The notes below the pieces were generated by a model, which made no database searches, was not told the DNA's origin, and saw only the letters and a list, made by a program, of their open reading frames with translations. Position numbers and translations under genes: made by a program. A DNA stretch of 64,000 nucleotides from Candidatus Methylomirabilia bacterium (GTDB lineage: Bacteria; Methylomirabilota; Methylomirabilia; Rokubacteriales; CSP1-6): NCBI GenBank assembly GCA_041496385.1, contig JBGQEL010000002.1, positions 1 through 64,000 on the forward strand. The letters are read 5' to 3'. Positions 9,077-19,195 of this stretch are shown here, piece after piece. Within the stretch, counting starts at the first letter, position 1. Every line of letters starts with the position of its first letter.

Positions 9077-10289
9077 GGCTCGGGGCCGGCTCCGCGCGCC
9101 ACCAGAGGCCGACGGCGGCCATGCCGACGAGACCCGCGACGCCCGCGACGAGCAGCGCCGCTGGCACGCCGAAGGCCTCGGCGATCGCGCCGGTCAGGAA
9201 CGCGCCGACCGGAAAGGCCCCGCCGAACATCAGGGTGTGCAGGCTCATGACGCGGCCGCGCAGCTCGTCGGGCGTGGTGAGCTGGAGCGTCGTGTTGCAG
9301 CTCGCGATGAAGACGATCGCGAAGTAGCCCGTCAGGAAGAGCAGCACGACCGCCCGGTGGAACTCGTCGGTCGCCGCGAGCGCCAGCAGCGTCCCGCACG
9401 AGAGCGCGCCCGCCAGGAAGATCGCGCGCAGCGGCGTCTGCCGGCCGCCGAGCGTCGCGAGCGAGAGCGCGCCCGCCACCGAGCCGGCACCGAGCGCCGC
9501 CATCAGCAGCCCGAACCCCTGCGCGTCGAGGCGCAGCACGCTCCGCGCGAGCAGCGGGACGAAGATCGAGAAGTTGAAGACGCAGAGACTGACGACGAGG
9601 ACGAGCGCCAGCATCAGCGCGATCCGCGGCGTCCGGCGCGCGTAGCGCAGGCCCTCCAGGATCTCCTGCGCGACCGTCGTCCCCGCGCGCGGGCGCGGCG
9701 CCCCCTCGGTGCGGATCTGGAAGAGCGCGGCGAGCACGACGAGGAAGGAGAGGCCGTTCAGGAGGAACGCCGGCGCCACGCCGAAGCGCCCGATCAGGAG
9801 GCCGGCGACCGCGGGACCGACGATGCGCGCGCCGTTGAAGGCGGCGGAGTTCAGCGCGACCGCGTTCACGATGTCGCGCTTGCCCACCATCTCGACGATG
9901 AACGCCTGTCGCGTCGGCATGTCGATCACGTTGACGAAGCCCAGGAGCAGCGCGAGCCCCGCGACGTGCCAGTACCGCACGTGACCGGTCCAGACGAGCG
10001 CCGAGATCGTCAGCGCCTGGAGGCAGAGCGCCGTCTGCGTGCCGAGGATCAGGCGGCGCTTGGGCAGCCGGTCGGCGATCGCGCCCGCGAGCACCGAGAA
10101 GAGCAGGACCGGCGCGAACTGGAACGTCCCGATGAGCCCGAGCTTGAGCGGCGAGTCGGAGAGCTGGAGCACGAGCCAGGACTGCGCGACCGATTGCATC
10201 CAGGTGCCGATCAACGAGACGAGCTGGCCCGCCCAGAAGAGGCGGAAGTCCCGGTGGTTGAGGGCCCGGAGGCCGCTGGGGAAGGTCAT
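9063..10289 (-). CDS. MFS transporter (DUF894/H+ antiporter-like)
   Basis: 'RDFRLFWAGQLVSLIGTWMQ', 'ADRLPKR', 'LRGRVMS'. Confidence 0.9.
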   Translation of the reverse strand: MTFPSGLRALNHRDFRLFWAGQLVSLIGTWMQSVAQSWLVLQLSDSPLKLGLIGTFQFAPVLLFSVLAGAIADRLPKRRLILGTQTALCLQALTISALVWTGHVRYWHVAGLALLLGFVNVIDMPTRQAFIVEMVGKRDIVNAVALNSAAFNGARIVGPAVAGLLIGRFGVAPAFLLNGLSFLVVLAALFQIRTEGAPRPRAGTTVAQEILEGLRYARRTPRIALMLALVLVVSLCVFNFSIFVPLLARSVLRLDAQGFGLLMAALGAGSVAGALSLATLGGRQTPLRAIFLAGALSCGTLLALAATDEFHRAVVLLFLTGYFAIVFIASCNTTLQLTTPDELRGRVMSLHTLMFGGAFPVGAFLTGAIAEAFGVPAALLVAGVAGLVGMAAVGLWWRAEPAPSLSRT

Positions 10290-10345
10290 CGCGGTGCGCT
10301 CCAGCTTGCGTCGGCCCCGTCGCGAAGGCAAGATGGGCGCCCGGC

Positions 10346-11185
10346 ATGAAGACCCCCGCGCTCGTCACGACCGACTGGCTCGCCGCCAACCTCACTCGTC
10401 GCAACCTGCGCGTCCTGGACGGCTCGTGGCACATGCCGCAGCAGAAGCGCGACGCCCACACCGAGTTCGTCGCGGCGCACGTCCCCCGCGCCGCGTTCTT
10501 CGACATCGACGCGATCGCCGATACGGGCTCCCCGCTTCCCCACATGCTGCCGACGGCGCGGACGTTCGCCTCGAGGGTCGGGGCGCTCGGCGTCGGCGCG
10601 GGCGACCTGGTCGTCGCCTACGACACGCGCGGCGTCGTGAGCGCGGCCCGCGTCTGGTGGACCTTCCGCGTCTTCGGCCACGATCGGGTCGCCGTCCTCG
10701 ACGGCGGCTTCCCGAAGTGGCGCGCCGAGGGCCGGCCCGTCGAGTCGGGCGATCCCACCCCGAGGCCGCGGCGCTTCGGCGCGCACCTGCGGAAGAGCCT
10801 CGTGCGCGACCTCGCGCAGATGCGCGCCAACCTCACGTCGCGGCGCGAGCAGGTGCTCGACGCGCGCTCGGGCGGCCGCTTCGCCGGCACCGAGCCGGAG
10901 CCGCGGGCGGGCCTCCGATCGGGCCACATTCCGGGCAGCCTGAGTCTGCCGTACGACCGGCTGTACCGGCCGGACGGCACGTTCGCGCCGCCCCTCGAGC
11001 TCCGGCAGACCTTCGCGGCGGCCGGGCTCGACCTCGACCGTCCCGTCGTCACCACCTGCGGCTCGGGCGTCACCGCGTCGGTGTTGGCGTTCGGCCTTCA
11101 CCTGCTCCGCACGGGACGGGTTGCCGTCTACGATGGGTCGTGGTCGGAATGGGGCGGTCGCAAGGATACCCCGGTCGAGCTCTGA
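10346..11185 (+). CDS. sseA: 3-mercaptopyruvate sulfurtransferase (tandem rhodanese)
   Basis: PHMLP, EPEPR, GHIPG, active-site CGSGVTA, YDGSWSEWG. Confidence 0.93.
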   Translation: MKTPALVTTDWLAANLTRRNLRVLDGSWHMPQQKRDAHTEFVAAHVPRAAFFDIDAIADTGSPLPHMLPTARTFASRVGALGVGAGDLVVAYDTRGVVSAARVWWTFRVFGHDRVAVLDGGFPKWRAEGRPVESGDPTPRPRRFGAHLRKSLVRDLAQMRANLTSRREQVLDARSGGRFAGTEPEPRAGLRSGHIPGSLSLPYDRLYRPDGTFAPPLELRQTFAAAGLDLDRPVVTTCGSGVTASVLAFGLHLLRTGRVAVYDGSWSEWGGRKDTPVEL

Positions 11186-11206
11186 CGGGCGACCCGCGTC
11201 CCACCC

Positions 11207-12058
11207 CTGCGCTACACCGCCCTCGCCGTCTTCTTCTCGCTCCTCTGGGCCTCCGCCTTCAGCGCGGTCAAGATCGGCCTGCATTCGTCGCCGCCGCTCT
11301 TTCTCATGTCCTCGCGCTTCATCGTCGCCGGCGCGGTGCTGCTCCTGATCGCGCGCTGGCGTGGCGCGGCGCTGCCCGCGCGCCTCGCGGACTGGCGGCC
11401 GATCGCGCTCCTCGGCGTCCTGAACTACGCCCTCTACCTCGGGCTCACGGCGGTGGCGCTGCGCCATCTCTCGGCGGGCATGGGCGCCGTGCTCGCGAGC
11501 ACGAATCCCCTGATGCTCGCCGTGAGCGCGGCGTGGCTCCTCGGCGAGCGGCTCACCACGCGGAAGGTCCTCGGGCTCCTCACGAGCTTCGCCGGCGTCG
11601 TGTGGGTCATGTGGAGCCGGATCGGTCCCGACAACGAGCCCGTCGCGATGGCGCTCGTCGTGCTGTCCATCGCGTGCCTCGTCGCCGGCACGCTGCTGTT
11701 CAAGCGCGCCGAGCCCCGCTGGGACCTGCTCGTGCTCAACGGGGGCCAGCTCCTCGTCGCCGGGCTGGTGCTGGCCGCGCCGGTGCTCGCCGTCGAGGAT
11801 CTGGGCGCGGTGCGTCTCACCGCGTCGTTCCTCGCCTCGCAGGCCTACCTGATCGTCGGCGTCTCCTGGGTGGGGATGCTCATCTGGTTCTGGCTCCTCA
11901 CCCACGGCGACGCGACGCGCGCGAGCGCGTACTTCTTCCTGAATCCGGTGCTCGGGATCTTCCTCGGCGCGCTGCTCCTCGGCGAGCCGCTCCACGCCTG
12001 GGACTTCGCGGGCGCGACCGTCGTCGCCGCCGGGATCTGGCTCGTCCAGCGCGGCTGA
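11207..12058 (+). CDS. EamA/DMT family transporter
   Basis: 'LLWASAF' first helix lies upstream of the ATG at 11306; two EamA repeats, FLNPV and LLGE motifs; start uncertain. Confidence 0.85.
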   Translation: MRYTALAVFFSLLWASAFSAVKIGLHSSPPLFLMSSRFIVAGAVLLLIARWRGAALPARLADWRPIALLGVLNYALYLGLTAVALRHLSAGMGAVLASTNPLMLAVSAAWLLGERLTTRKVLGLLTSFAGVVWVMWSRIGPDNEPVAMALVVLSIACLVAGTLLFKRAEPRWDLLVLNGGQLLVAGLVLAAPVLAVEDLGAVRLTASFLASQAYLIVGVSWVGMLIWFWLLTHGDATRASAYFFLNPVLGIFLGALLLGEPLHAWDFAGATVVAAGIWLVQRG

Positions 12059-13012
12059 TCAGCCGAGCTTCGGCCACACCTCGTCGGCCAGTCGCTCCAT
12101 CGTCTCCACCAGCTCCGCCGACGAGCCCGAGCGGCAGTCGAAGATCGCGTGCGTCGGGCCGAGCGCGACGATCGGCTTGAGCTGCTCGGCCACCTGCCTA
12201 GCCGTGCCGACGAAGACGCGGCCGGGCTCCTCGGGCGCCCGGCGCGTCGCGTCGCCCCCGGGGCCGACCACGCGGACCCCGTAGCGCACGCTGAGCCCGC
12301 ACGCGCCCGCGGGACGGCCGGCGGCCGTCACCTGCTCGCGCAGGTACGCGACGTGTCCCGGAAGCTCCTCGGCGAGGATCCGGAACGCGTGCCAGCTCTG
12401 GCCGTACCGGGCCGCGCGGCGGATCGCCGGGCGGCTGTTGCCGCCGACGAAGATCGGGGGGTGCGGCTTCTGAACGGGCTTCGGGTTGCAGCCGATGTCG
12501 CGCACGCGGTAGAACTTTCCCTCGAACACGGGGTTGTCCTCGGTCCACAGCTTGACGAAGAGCTGGAGCCACTCGTCGGTCACGGCGCCGCGCGACTCGA
12601 AAGGCGGCGAGCCGAGGACCTCGAACTCTTCGCGCATCCAGCCGACCCCGACGCCGACGAAGAGCCGGCCCCCCGAGAGCACGTCCGCCGTCGCGAGCAT
12701 TTTCGCCGTGAGCACAGGGTTGCGGTAGGGCGCGACGAGCACCGACGGGCCGAAGCGGACGCGCGTCGTGGCGCCGGCCAGGAAGCAGAGCATCGAGAGC
12801 GGCTCGAGGTAGTCGGCGTCCGGCGGCACCGCGAGGCGCCCCGTGGCGTTGTAGGGGTAGCGCGACTCGATGCGGCGCGGGATCACGACGTGATCGGTGA
12901 CCACGATCGCGTCGTAGCCGAGCGCCTCGGCGCGGCGGGCCGTCTCGAGCGCGTGGTCGCGCGTCGCGAGCGGACCCGAGTTCAGCACCTGGAAGCCCCG
13001 CCGGACCATCAT
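12059..13012 (-). CDS. LLM-class (putative F420-dependent) oxidoreductase
   Basis: 'VTDHVVIP', 'LSGGRLFVGVGVGW', 'PKPVQKPHPPIFVGG'. Confidence 0.88.
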   Translation of the reverse strand: MMVRRGFQVLNSGPLATRDHALETARRAEALGYDAIVVTDHVVIPRRIESRYPYNATGRLAVPPDADYLEPLSMLCFLAGATTRVRFGPSVLVAPYRNPVLTAKMLATADVLSGGRLFVGVGVGWMREEFEVLGSPPFESRGAVTDEWLQLFVKLWTEDNPVFEGKFYRVRDIGCNPKPVQKPHPPIFVGGNSRPAIRRAARYGQSWHAFRILAEELPGHVAYLREQVTAAGRPAGACGLSVRYGVRVVGPGGDATRRAPEEPGRVFVGTARQVAEQLKPIVALGPTHAIFDCRSGSSAELVETMERLADEVWPKLG

Positions 13013-13051
13013 GATGTCCTCCTCGACGTGATCGTGATGAACCCGCCCGGC

Positions 13052-13841
13052 TCAGGCCCGGACGCGTGGCCGCCCGTCGGCGGCGACGCGCTCGAGCACG
13101 TCGAGCATCTCGGGGACCGTCGGCACCGAGAAGTCCAGGACGAAGTGCTCGACGCCCGCGGCGACGTAGGCCGACAGGTCCGCGGCGACCTGCTCGGGTG
13201 AGCCCGTCAGCGGCGCCCGGTCCTTCGGCGCGCCGCCCTCGAGCTTCAGGGGCGCCTTGAACGTGATCGTGATGCTCTTCGCGTCGCGCCCGGCGGCCGC
13301 GGCCATCTCGCGAAGCCGGCGGACGGCGGCCGCCATCTCCGGCGGATGGAGCGCCACCGGTGGTCGGAGACCGAGCGGATGCCAGCCGTCCGCGACGGCA
13401 CGGGATGCGGCCGGACGCTGCCCGTTCCTCGAACGGCACGCCCAGTCCGGCGAATTCCTCGCGCCACCAGCCGGCGCCCGCCCCCAGAATCACGCGCCCG
13501 CCCGAGAGATGGTCCGCCGTCGCGAGCACCTTGGCGGTGAACACCGGATTGCGGTAGGGAATCACGAGCACGCTCGTGCCGACGCGGATGCGCTCGGTGA
13601 CCGCGGCGAGGTAGGTCACCGCGGTGAGCGGCTCGAGCCAGGGCTCGTCGGGCCCCAGCGGGAACGCGCCCGTCGCCGAGTAGGGGTACGCGGACACGCT
13701 CTTCACGGGGATCAGCAGCCGGTCCGTCACGAAGATCGAGTCGAAGCCGAGCGCCTCGGCGCGCCGGGCAAGCGTCGTGATGGCGCCACGATCGGCGAGC
13801 GCGCCGCGCCCTTGGAGCGAAGAGCCGATCGCGGGCGTCAC
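13052..13841 (-). pseudogene. LLM-class oxidoreductase paralog with internal deletion and frameshift
   Basis: The N-terminal half parallels the neighbouring LLM up to 'GVPFEER'; the C-terminal half ('AVADGWHP...EHFVLDFS') is in another frame. Confidence 0.8.
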
Positions 13842-13859
13842 GCGTCGAGCCTCAGCGCC

Positions 13860-14966
13860 TCACGGCTCGACGGGGAACGTGCCGCGGAAGACAAACTTCT
13901 GGGCGCGCTTGCCCGTATCCACCTCGGTCGTGTAGACGTTGCCCTTCGAGTCCACGGCGAGGTTGTGGATCCAGTGGAACTGCCCCGCCTGGCGCCCGTT
14001 CCGGCCGAACTTGCCCAGGACCTTCCCGGTCTCGCGCAGCAGCGTCCAGACATGGTTGTTCTCGCCGTCCGCGGTGTAGAGCCACGACTGCGGCGCGTCG
14101 TGCGAGATCTCGACGTCCCACACCGAGCCTGCGCCGCGCGTGGCCGGCGCCACGACGAACTCCCGCACGTAGGTGCCGTCCTTGCGGAAGACCTGGATGC
14201 GGTTGTTCATGCGATCGCACACGTAGAGCAGGCCGTCTCGGGACAGACGGACGCAGTGCACCGGGTTCCCGAACCCCTTGACGCCCGCGTCCCCGGGCGG
14301 CCGGCCGTTGGCGCCCCAGTGGCGCTTGTAGGCGCCCGTCTGCGCGTCGAAGACGATGACCCGGTGGTTTTTGTAGCCGTCGGCGACGAAGAGCTCGTTC
14401 GTGGCGGGGTCCACGCTCACGTTCGCCGGGCGGCCGAGGTGCGCCGTGTCGTTGTCGCCGCCGGTCACGTTCGCCTTGCCGATCTGGAGCAGGAACCTGC
14501 CGTCGCGCGTGAACTTGAGGAGGTGGTGGTCCTTCTGGTCGTTGCCGCCGATCCAGACGTTGTCCTGGTAGTCCACGTAGATCCCGTGCTCGTTGAGCGG
14601 CCAGTCGTAGCCCGCGCCGGGGCCGCCCCACGCCTGGAGCAGGTTGCCCTGCGCGTCGAGCTCGAGCACGGGCGGCGCCGGCGCGCAGCAGAGCGAGCGC
14701 GGTGGGGTGAGCACGGCGCCGCGCTCGTCCTCGGTGAGCGAGCGCGGGCGCTGCAGGACCCAGACGTGGTCCTGACGGTCCACCGCCACGCCCGACGCCT
14801 GGCCGAGGATCCAGTTGTGCGGCAACGGCTTCGGCCACCACGGATCCACCGCGAACCGCGGCGCGAGCCCCTCCACCGGCCGCTGCGCCGTCGCGCTCTC
14901 GATGAGCACGGCGACTCCGATCGCGAGCGCCACCGCCGCCCCCGCCGCCATCACGCTGCGTCTCAT
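13860..14966 (-). CDS. secreted NHL-repeat beta-propeller protein
   Basis: Signal peptide; repeated 'GVAVD', 'FVADGYKNHRV', 'YVCDRMNNRIQVF', 'HNLAVDSKGNVY'. Confidence 0.85.
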   Translation of the reverse strand: MRRSVMAAGAAVALAIGVAVLIESATAQRPVEGLAPRFAVDPWWPKPLPHNWILGQASGVAVDRQDHVWVLQRPRSLTEDERGAVLTPPRSLCCAPAPPVLELDAQGNLLQAWGGPGAGYDWPLNEHGIYVDYQDNVWIGGNDQKDHHLLKFTRDGRFLLQIGKANVTGGDNDTAHLGRPANVSVDPATNELFVADGYKNHRVIVFDAQTGAYKRHWGANGRPPGDAGVKGFGNPVHCVRLSRDGLLYVCDRMNNRIQVFRKDGTYVREFVVAPATRGAGSVWDVEISHDAPQSWLYTADGENNHVWTLLRETGKVLGKFGRNGRQAGQFHWIHNLAVDSKGNVYTTEVDTGKRAQKFVFRGTFPVEP

Positions 14967-15970
14967 GGTTGAGCCTCCTCCAGGCCGAAGACCTGCGCCA
15001 GCAGCTCGTACGAGCGGCGCCGGGCCTTGACATCGTGGGTGATCGTGACGACGACGAGCTCCTCCACGCCGTACTCGGCGGCCAGGCCGAGCAGCCGCTC
15101 GCGCACCTGCTCGGGCGCGCCCGCGATCACGCGCCGCCGCGCGTGCTCGACGATCCCCCGTTCGTGGTCGGTGTACGCGTACGCCTCGGCCTCCTCGACC
15201 GAGGGGTAGCGACCGGCGCGCCCGGTGTAGAGTCGCACGATGAAGAGCTCGCGGCTCTTCGCGAGGCGGAGCGCCTCGGCCTCGGCGTCCGCGCAGACGA
15301 CGAAGACCGCGGCGCTCGCGCGCGGCGCGGCCAGGAGCTCGGAGGGCCGGAACTCGCGGGCGTAGGCGCGCGTGATCTCGGCGCCACCCTCGGCGCTGAT
15401 GAAGTTCGCGAAGGAGAAGGCAAGCCCGAGCTGTGCCGCGAGCATCGCGCTCTGGTCGCTCGAGCCGAGGAGCCAGACGTCGGGCGCGCCGGGGCCGCTC
15501 GGCATCGCGACGACGCGTGCGAAGGGGTGGCCCGCAGGCAGCCTCGCGCGCAGGAAGCCGACGACGTCCGCGACCTGCTGCGGGAACGCTTCGGGGGACG
15601 CCTCCGCCTTGAGGGCGCGCGCCGTGAGCTGGTCGGAGCCGGGGGCGCGGCCGAGGCCGAGGTCGATGCGCCCGGGGAAGAGCGTCTCCAGCACGCGGAA
15701 GCACTCGGCGACCTTCAACGGGCTGTAGTGCTGGAGCATGATGCCGCCCGAGCCCACGCGGATCCGCGACGTGCGGGCGGCGACCTGGCCGATCAGCACC
15801 TCGGGGCTCGAGCCCGCGAGCCCAGGGGTCGAGTGATGCTCGGCGAGCCAGTATCGCTGGTAGCCCCAGCGGTCGCAGGCCTGCGCGAGATCGAGCGTCT
15901 CGTGGAGCGCGTCGGCGGCGGTGCCGCCGCTCCGAACCGGCGACTGGTCGAGGACGGAAAGGCGTAGCAC
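14963..15970 (-). CDS. LLM-class flavin-dependent oxidoreductase (luciferase family)
   Basis: 'LSVLDQSP', 'WLAEHH', 'PGRIDLGLGRAPG', 'WLLGSS'; TAGTG overlap with the upstream gene. Confidence 0.9.
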   Translation of the reverse strand: MLRLSVLDQSPVRSGGTAADALHETLDLAQACDRWGYQRYWLAEHHSTPGLAGSSPEVLIGQVAARTSRIRVGSGGIMLQHYSPLKVAECFRVLETLFPGRIDLGLGRAPGSDQLTARALKAEASPEAFPQQVADVVGFLRARLPAGHPFARVVAMPSGPGAPDVWLLGSSDQSAMLAAQLGLAFSFANFISAEGGAEITRAYAREFRPSELLAAPRASAAVFVVCADAEAEALRLAKSRELFIVRLYTGRAGRYPSVEEAEAYAYTDHERGIVEHARRRVIAGAPEQVRERLLGLAAEYGVEELVVVTITHDVKARRRSYELLAQVFGLEEAQP

Positions 15971-17568
15971 TAGTTGATCCGCTTCTCCCGCCCCTTCCAC
16001 TCCTTGTCGCGCAGGACGAACTTCTGCACCTTGCCGGTCGAGGTCTTCGGGAGGTCGCCGAACTCCACCGCCGCCGGGCACTTGAAGTGCGCGATGTGCT
16101 GCCGGCAGAACTCGATGATCTCCTGCGCCGTCGCCGTCCGGCCCGGCTTGAGCGTGACGAAGGCCTTCGGCCGCTCGCCCCACTTCTCGTCGGGGATCGC
16201 GACGACGGCGCACTCGAGCACGGCCGGATGCTTCGCGACGGTCTGCTCGACCTCGATGGTCGAGATGTTCTCGCCGCCCGAGATGATGATGTCCTTCTTG
16301 CGGTCGCGGAGCTCGATGTAGCCGTCGGGGTGCCACACCGCGATGTCGCCCGAGTGGAACCAGTCGCCGCGGAAGGCCTCCGCCGTCGCCTCGCGCTGCG
16401 CGAAATAGCCCATCGCGGCGTTGTTGCCCCGCATGACGACCTCGCCGAGGGTCTCCGCGTCCTTCGGGACGTCGGTCATGTTGGCGTCGACGACCCGCAC
16501 GAGGTCGAAGAGGGCGTAGCCTTGGCCCTGCCGCGCGGCGACGCGCGCCTGCTCGTCGATCGGCAGCGCGTTCCACTCCTCGTGCCACGCGCACACGGTG
16601 TGGGGCCCGTAGGTCTCGGTGAGGCCGTAGACGTGGACGGGTCGGAAGCCGAGCTCCTTCATCCTGGCCAGGAGCGTCGGCGACGGCGGGGCGCCGGCGA
16701 CCGTGACCGTCACCGGCCGTGTGAGCGTGTGGGCCTTCGGGTCGTTGATGACGCCGATGTGGACGGTGGGCGCGCCGTTGTAGTGGGTGATGCCCTCCGC
16801 GTCGATCATGTCCCAGATGCGCGTGGACTCGACCTTGCGGAGGCAGACGTGGGTGCCCCCGACGGCCGTGACGCCCCACGTGAAGCACCAGCCGTTGCAG
16901 TGGAACATCGGCAGCGTCCAGAGATAGCGGGCGTCGAAGCTCATTGCCGTCTCGATGACCTCGCCGATCGCGTTGACCCACGCGCCCCGGTGCGAGTACA
17001 TCACGCCCTTCGGCCGGCCCGTCGTGCCCGAGGTGTAGTTGATGGCGAGCAGCTCCTCCTCGTCCTTGAGCCAGCTCTCGACCGACGCGGGCGAGCCGGT
17101 CGCGAGGAAATCCTCGTACGGGTCGCCGGCGGCGCCCGTGTCGTCGACGCGGATCACGCGGAGCCCCGAGAGATCGAGCGGCTTCACGACGGGCTCGAAC
17201 TCCGCGTCCACGAACAGGAACCGAGCGCCGCAATGCGTGAGGATGTAGCCGATCTCGTCCGAGCTCAGCCGGATGTTGATCGCCACGAGGACGCCGCCCG
17301 CCAGGGGGACGCCGTAGTGCGCCTCGAGCATCGCCGGCGTGTTCGGGCAGAGGAACGCCACGCGGTCGAGCTTCTCGAGGCCCGCGCGGCGCAGGCCCGA
17401 GGCGAGCCGGTTCGCGCGCGCCTCGAGCTGCGCGTAGGTGTAGCGGCGCCCGCCGTGCACGACGGCGGTCTTCTGCGGGAACACGTAGGCGCTGCGCGCG
17501 AGGAAGCTCACCGGCGTGAGCTCCGTCCGGTAGACGTGGCGAAAGTCGAGGTGGCGAAACTCGCTCAT
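15970..17568 (-). CDS. acyl-CoA synthetase (AMP-forming)
   Basis: YTSGTTGRPKG, YGLTE, GWFHSGD-like motif, PKTSTGK. Confidence 0.92.
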   Translation of the reverse strand: MSEFRHLDFRHVYRTELTPVSFLARSAYVFPQKTAVVHGGRRYTYAQLEARANRLASGLRRAGLEKLDRVAFLCPNTPAMLEAHYGVPLAGGVLVAINIRLSSDEIGYILTHCGARFLFVDAEFEPVVKPLDLSGLRVIRVDDTGAAGDPYEDFLATGSPASVESWLKDEEELLAINYTSGTTGRPKGVMYSHRGAWVNAIGEVIETAMSFDARYLWTLPMFHCNGWCFTWGVTAVGGTHVCLRKVESTRIWDMIDAEGITHYNGAPTVHIGVINDPKAHTLTRPVTVTVAGAPPSPTLLARMKELGFRPVHVYGLTETYGPHTVCAWHEEWNALPIDEQARVAARQGQGYALFDLVRVVDANMTDVPKDAETLGEVVMRGNNAAMGYFAQREATAEAFRGDWFHSGDIAVWHPDGYIELRDRKKDIIISGGENISTIEVEQTVAKHPAVLECAVVAIPDEKWGERPKAFVTLKPGRTATAQEIIEFCRQHIAHFKCPAAVEFGDLPKTSTGKVQKFVLRDKEWKGREKRIN

Positions 17569-17673
17569 GGACCGTTCCTCCGACCTGGTTTGGGTCAGTG
17601 TACCCCAGGAGCACTTGCGCCGGGCGCCGACACCGACTGCCCTCCCGACGAATCCTGACTCGAGGAGGGACGC

Positions 17674-18537
17674 ATGAGCGACGTGTCTCGGCGCGAGCTG
17701 CTGCAGGCCGCGGGGGTGCTCGGCGTGGCGGCCGCCTTCACCGGCACCGCGATCGCCCAGGGCCGGCCCACGGCGGACGACTTCATCCGCACCGTCAAGG
17801 GGGCGAGGATGTTCGACCTCTCGTTCGTCTGGAACGAGCAGTCGCCCGTCCTCAGCCTGAATCCGCCCTACGCCTTCGCGCTCAACCGCACGCACAAGAT
17901 GACCCACGAGATCTTCGGCCAGGTCCCGGGGAGTCGCGTCTCCTGGGCGTCGGCCATGGCCATCATGTACTTCAGCGGCCAGCACGGCGCGCCGACGATC
18001 GACGCCAATCTCGGCATGGAGAGCTTCCCCGCGGACCTCATGGTGAACCGCGCGGTCCTCCTGGATGTCGCGCGCCAGATCGCCGGTGGCCGGCCGGACC
18101 CGCTGCCGCCGGGCTTCGAGATCACGGGTGCGCACCTCGAGCAGACGATGCGGGCGCAGAGCGTGGAGGTGCGGCGCGGCGACTCCCTCCTGATCCGCAC
18201 CGGGTGGGGCCAGTACTTCGCGAAGGACAACGCCAAGTATCTCGGCGAGCAGTCGCCCGGGCCGGGTCAGGACGGCGCGCGCTGGATCATCGACAAGGGC
18301 GTCCGGCTCGCGGGCGACGACACCGCGACGTTCGAGAAGCGGCCGGCGGCCTACGGCCGCGAGCTGTTCAGCGTCCACATGATGCTGCTCGCGGACAACG
18401 GCATCTACATCGTCGAGAACGCGAACCTCGAGCCGCTCGGCGACGCCAAGGCGTACGTCGCCCTCCTGGTCCTGACGCCGCTCCGGATCCAGGGCGCGAC
18501 GGGCTCGCCGCTCCGCGCGATCGCGCTCGCCCCCTGA
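17674..18537 (+). CDS. Tat-exported cyclase-family (kynurenine formamidase-like) protein, possibly internally deleted
   Basis: SRRELL Tat signal; LIRTGW, IVENANL and GATGSPLR motifs. Confidence 0.8.
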   Translation: MSDVSRRELLQAAGVLGVAAAFTGTAIAQGRPTADDFIRTVKGARMFDLSFVWNEQSPVLSLNPPYAFALNRTHKMTHEIFGQVPGSRVSWASAMAIMYFSGQHGAPTIDANLGMESFPADLMVNRAVLLDVARQIAGGRPDPLPPGFEITGAHLEQTMRAQSVEVRRGDSLLIRTGWGQYFAKDNAKYLGEQSPGPGQDGARWIIDKGVRLAGDDTATFEKRPAAYGRELFSVHMMLLADNGIYIVENANLEPLGDAKAYVALLVLTPLRIQGATGSPLRAIALAP

Positions 18538-18562
18538 GGCGGCGCGACCGCGCGGCGCTCCG

Positions 18563-19195
18563 TCAGCGCGGCTGGGGGGTGAGGCGGAGGTACGGCTTGA
18601 GGGCGCGCCAGCCCTTGGGGAACTTCGCCTTCGCCTCCTCGTCGCTCACCGCGGGCACGATGATGACGTCCTCGCCCTGCTTCCAGTTGACGGGCGTCGC
18701 GACCCGGTGGGCGTCGGTCAGCTGGAGCGAGTCGATCACGCGCAGGATCTCGTCGAAGTTCCGCCCGGTCGTCTGCGGATAGGTGATCATCAGGCGGATC
18801 TTCTTCTTGGGATCGATGACGAACACGGTGCGCACCGTGTAGACCTCGTCGTGCGCCGGGTGGATCATGCCGTACAGGCCCGCCACCTTCTTCTCCGGAT
18901 CCGCGACGATCGGGAAGTTCGGCGCGTGGCCCTGCGTCTCCTTGATGTCAAGCGCCCAGGCGCGGTGCGAGTCCACGGGGTCGATCGAGAGGCCGATCGC
19001 TTTCACATTCCGCTTGTCGAACTCCGGCTTGAGCCGCGCGACGTAGCCGAGCTCCGTCGTGCAGACGGGCGTGAAGTCGCGCGGGTGCGAGAAGAGGACG
19101 GCCCAGCCGCCGGCGAGCCACTGGTGGAAGCGGATCGGGCCTTCCGTGCTGTCGGCGCTGAAGTCCGGGGCGAGATCTCCGAGTCTGAGGCTCAT
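18563..19195 (-). CDS. 1-Cys peroxiredoxin (Prx6 family)
   Basis: FSHPRDFTPVCTTE, GRNFDEILR, ATPVNW. Confidence 0.93.
   Translation of the reverse strand: MSLRLGDLAPDFSADSTEGPIRFHQWLAGGWAVLFSHPRDFTPVCTTELGYVARLKPEFDKRNVKAIGLSIDPVDSHRAWALDIKETQGHAPNFPIVADPEKKVAGLYGMIHPAHDEVYTVRTVFVIDPKKKIRLMITYPQTTGRNFDEILRVIDSLQLTDAHRVATPVNWKQGEDVIIVPAVSDEEAKAKFPKGWRALKPYLRLTPQPR

Noticed and set aside
11183..11206. Selenocysteine readthrough of the sseA TGA into EamA
   Set aside because: The TGA is at the normal SseA C-terminus, not a catalytic position; only a 4-bp stem follows, not a credible SECIS.
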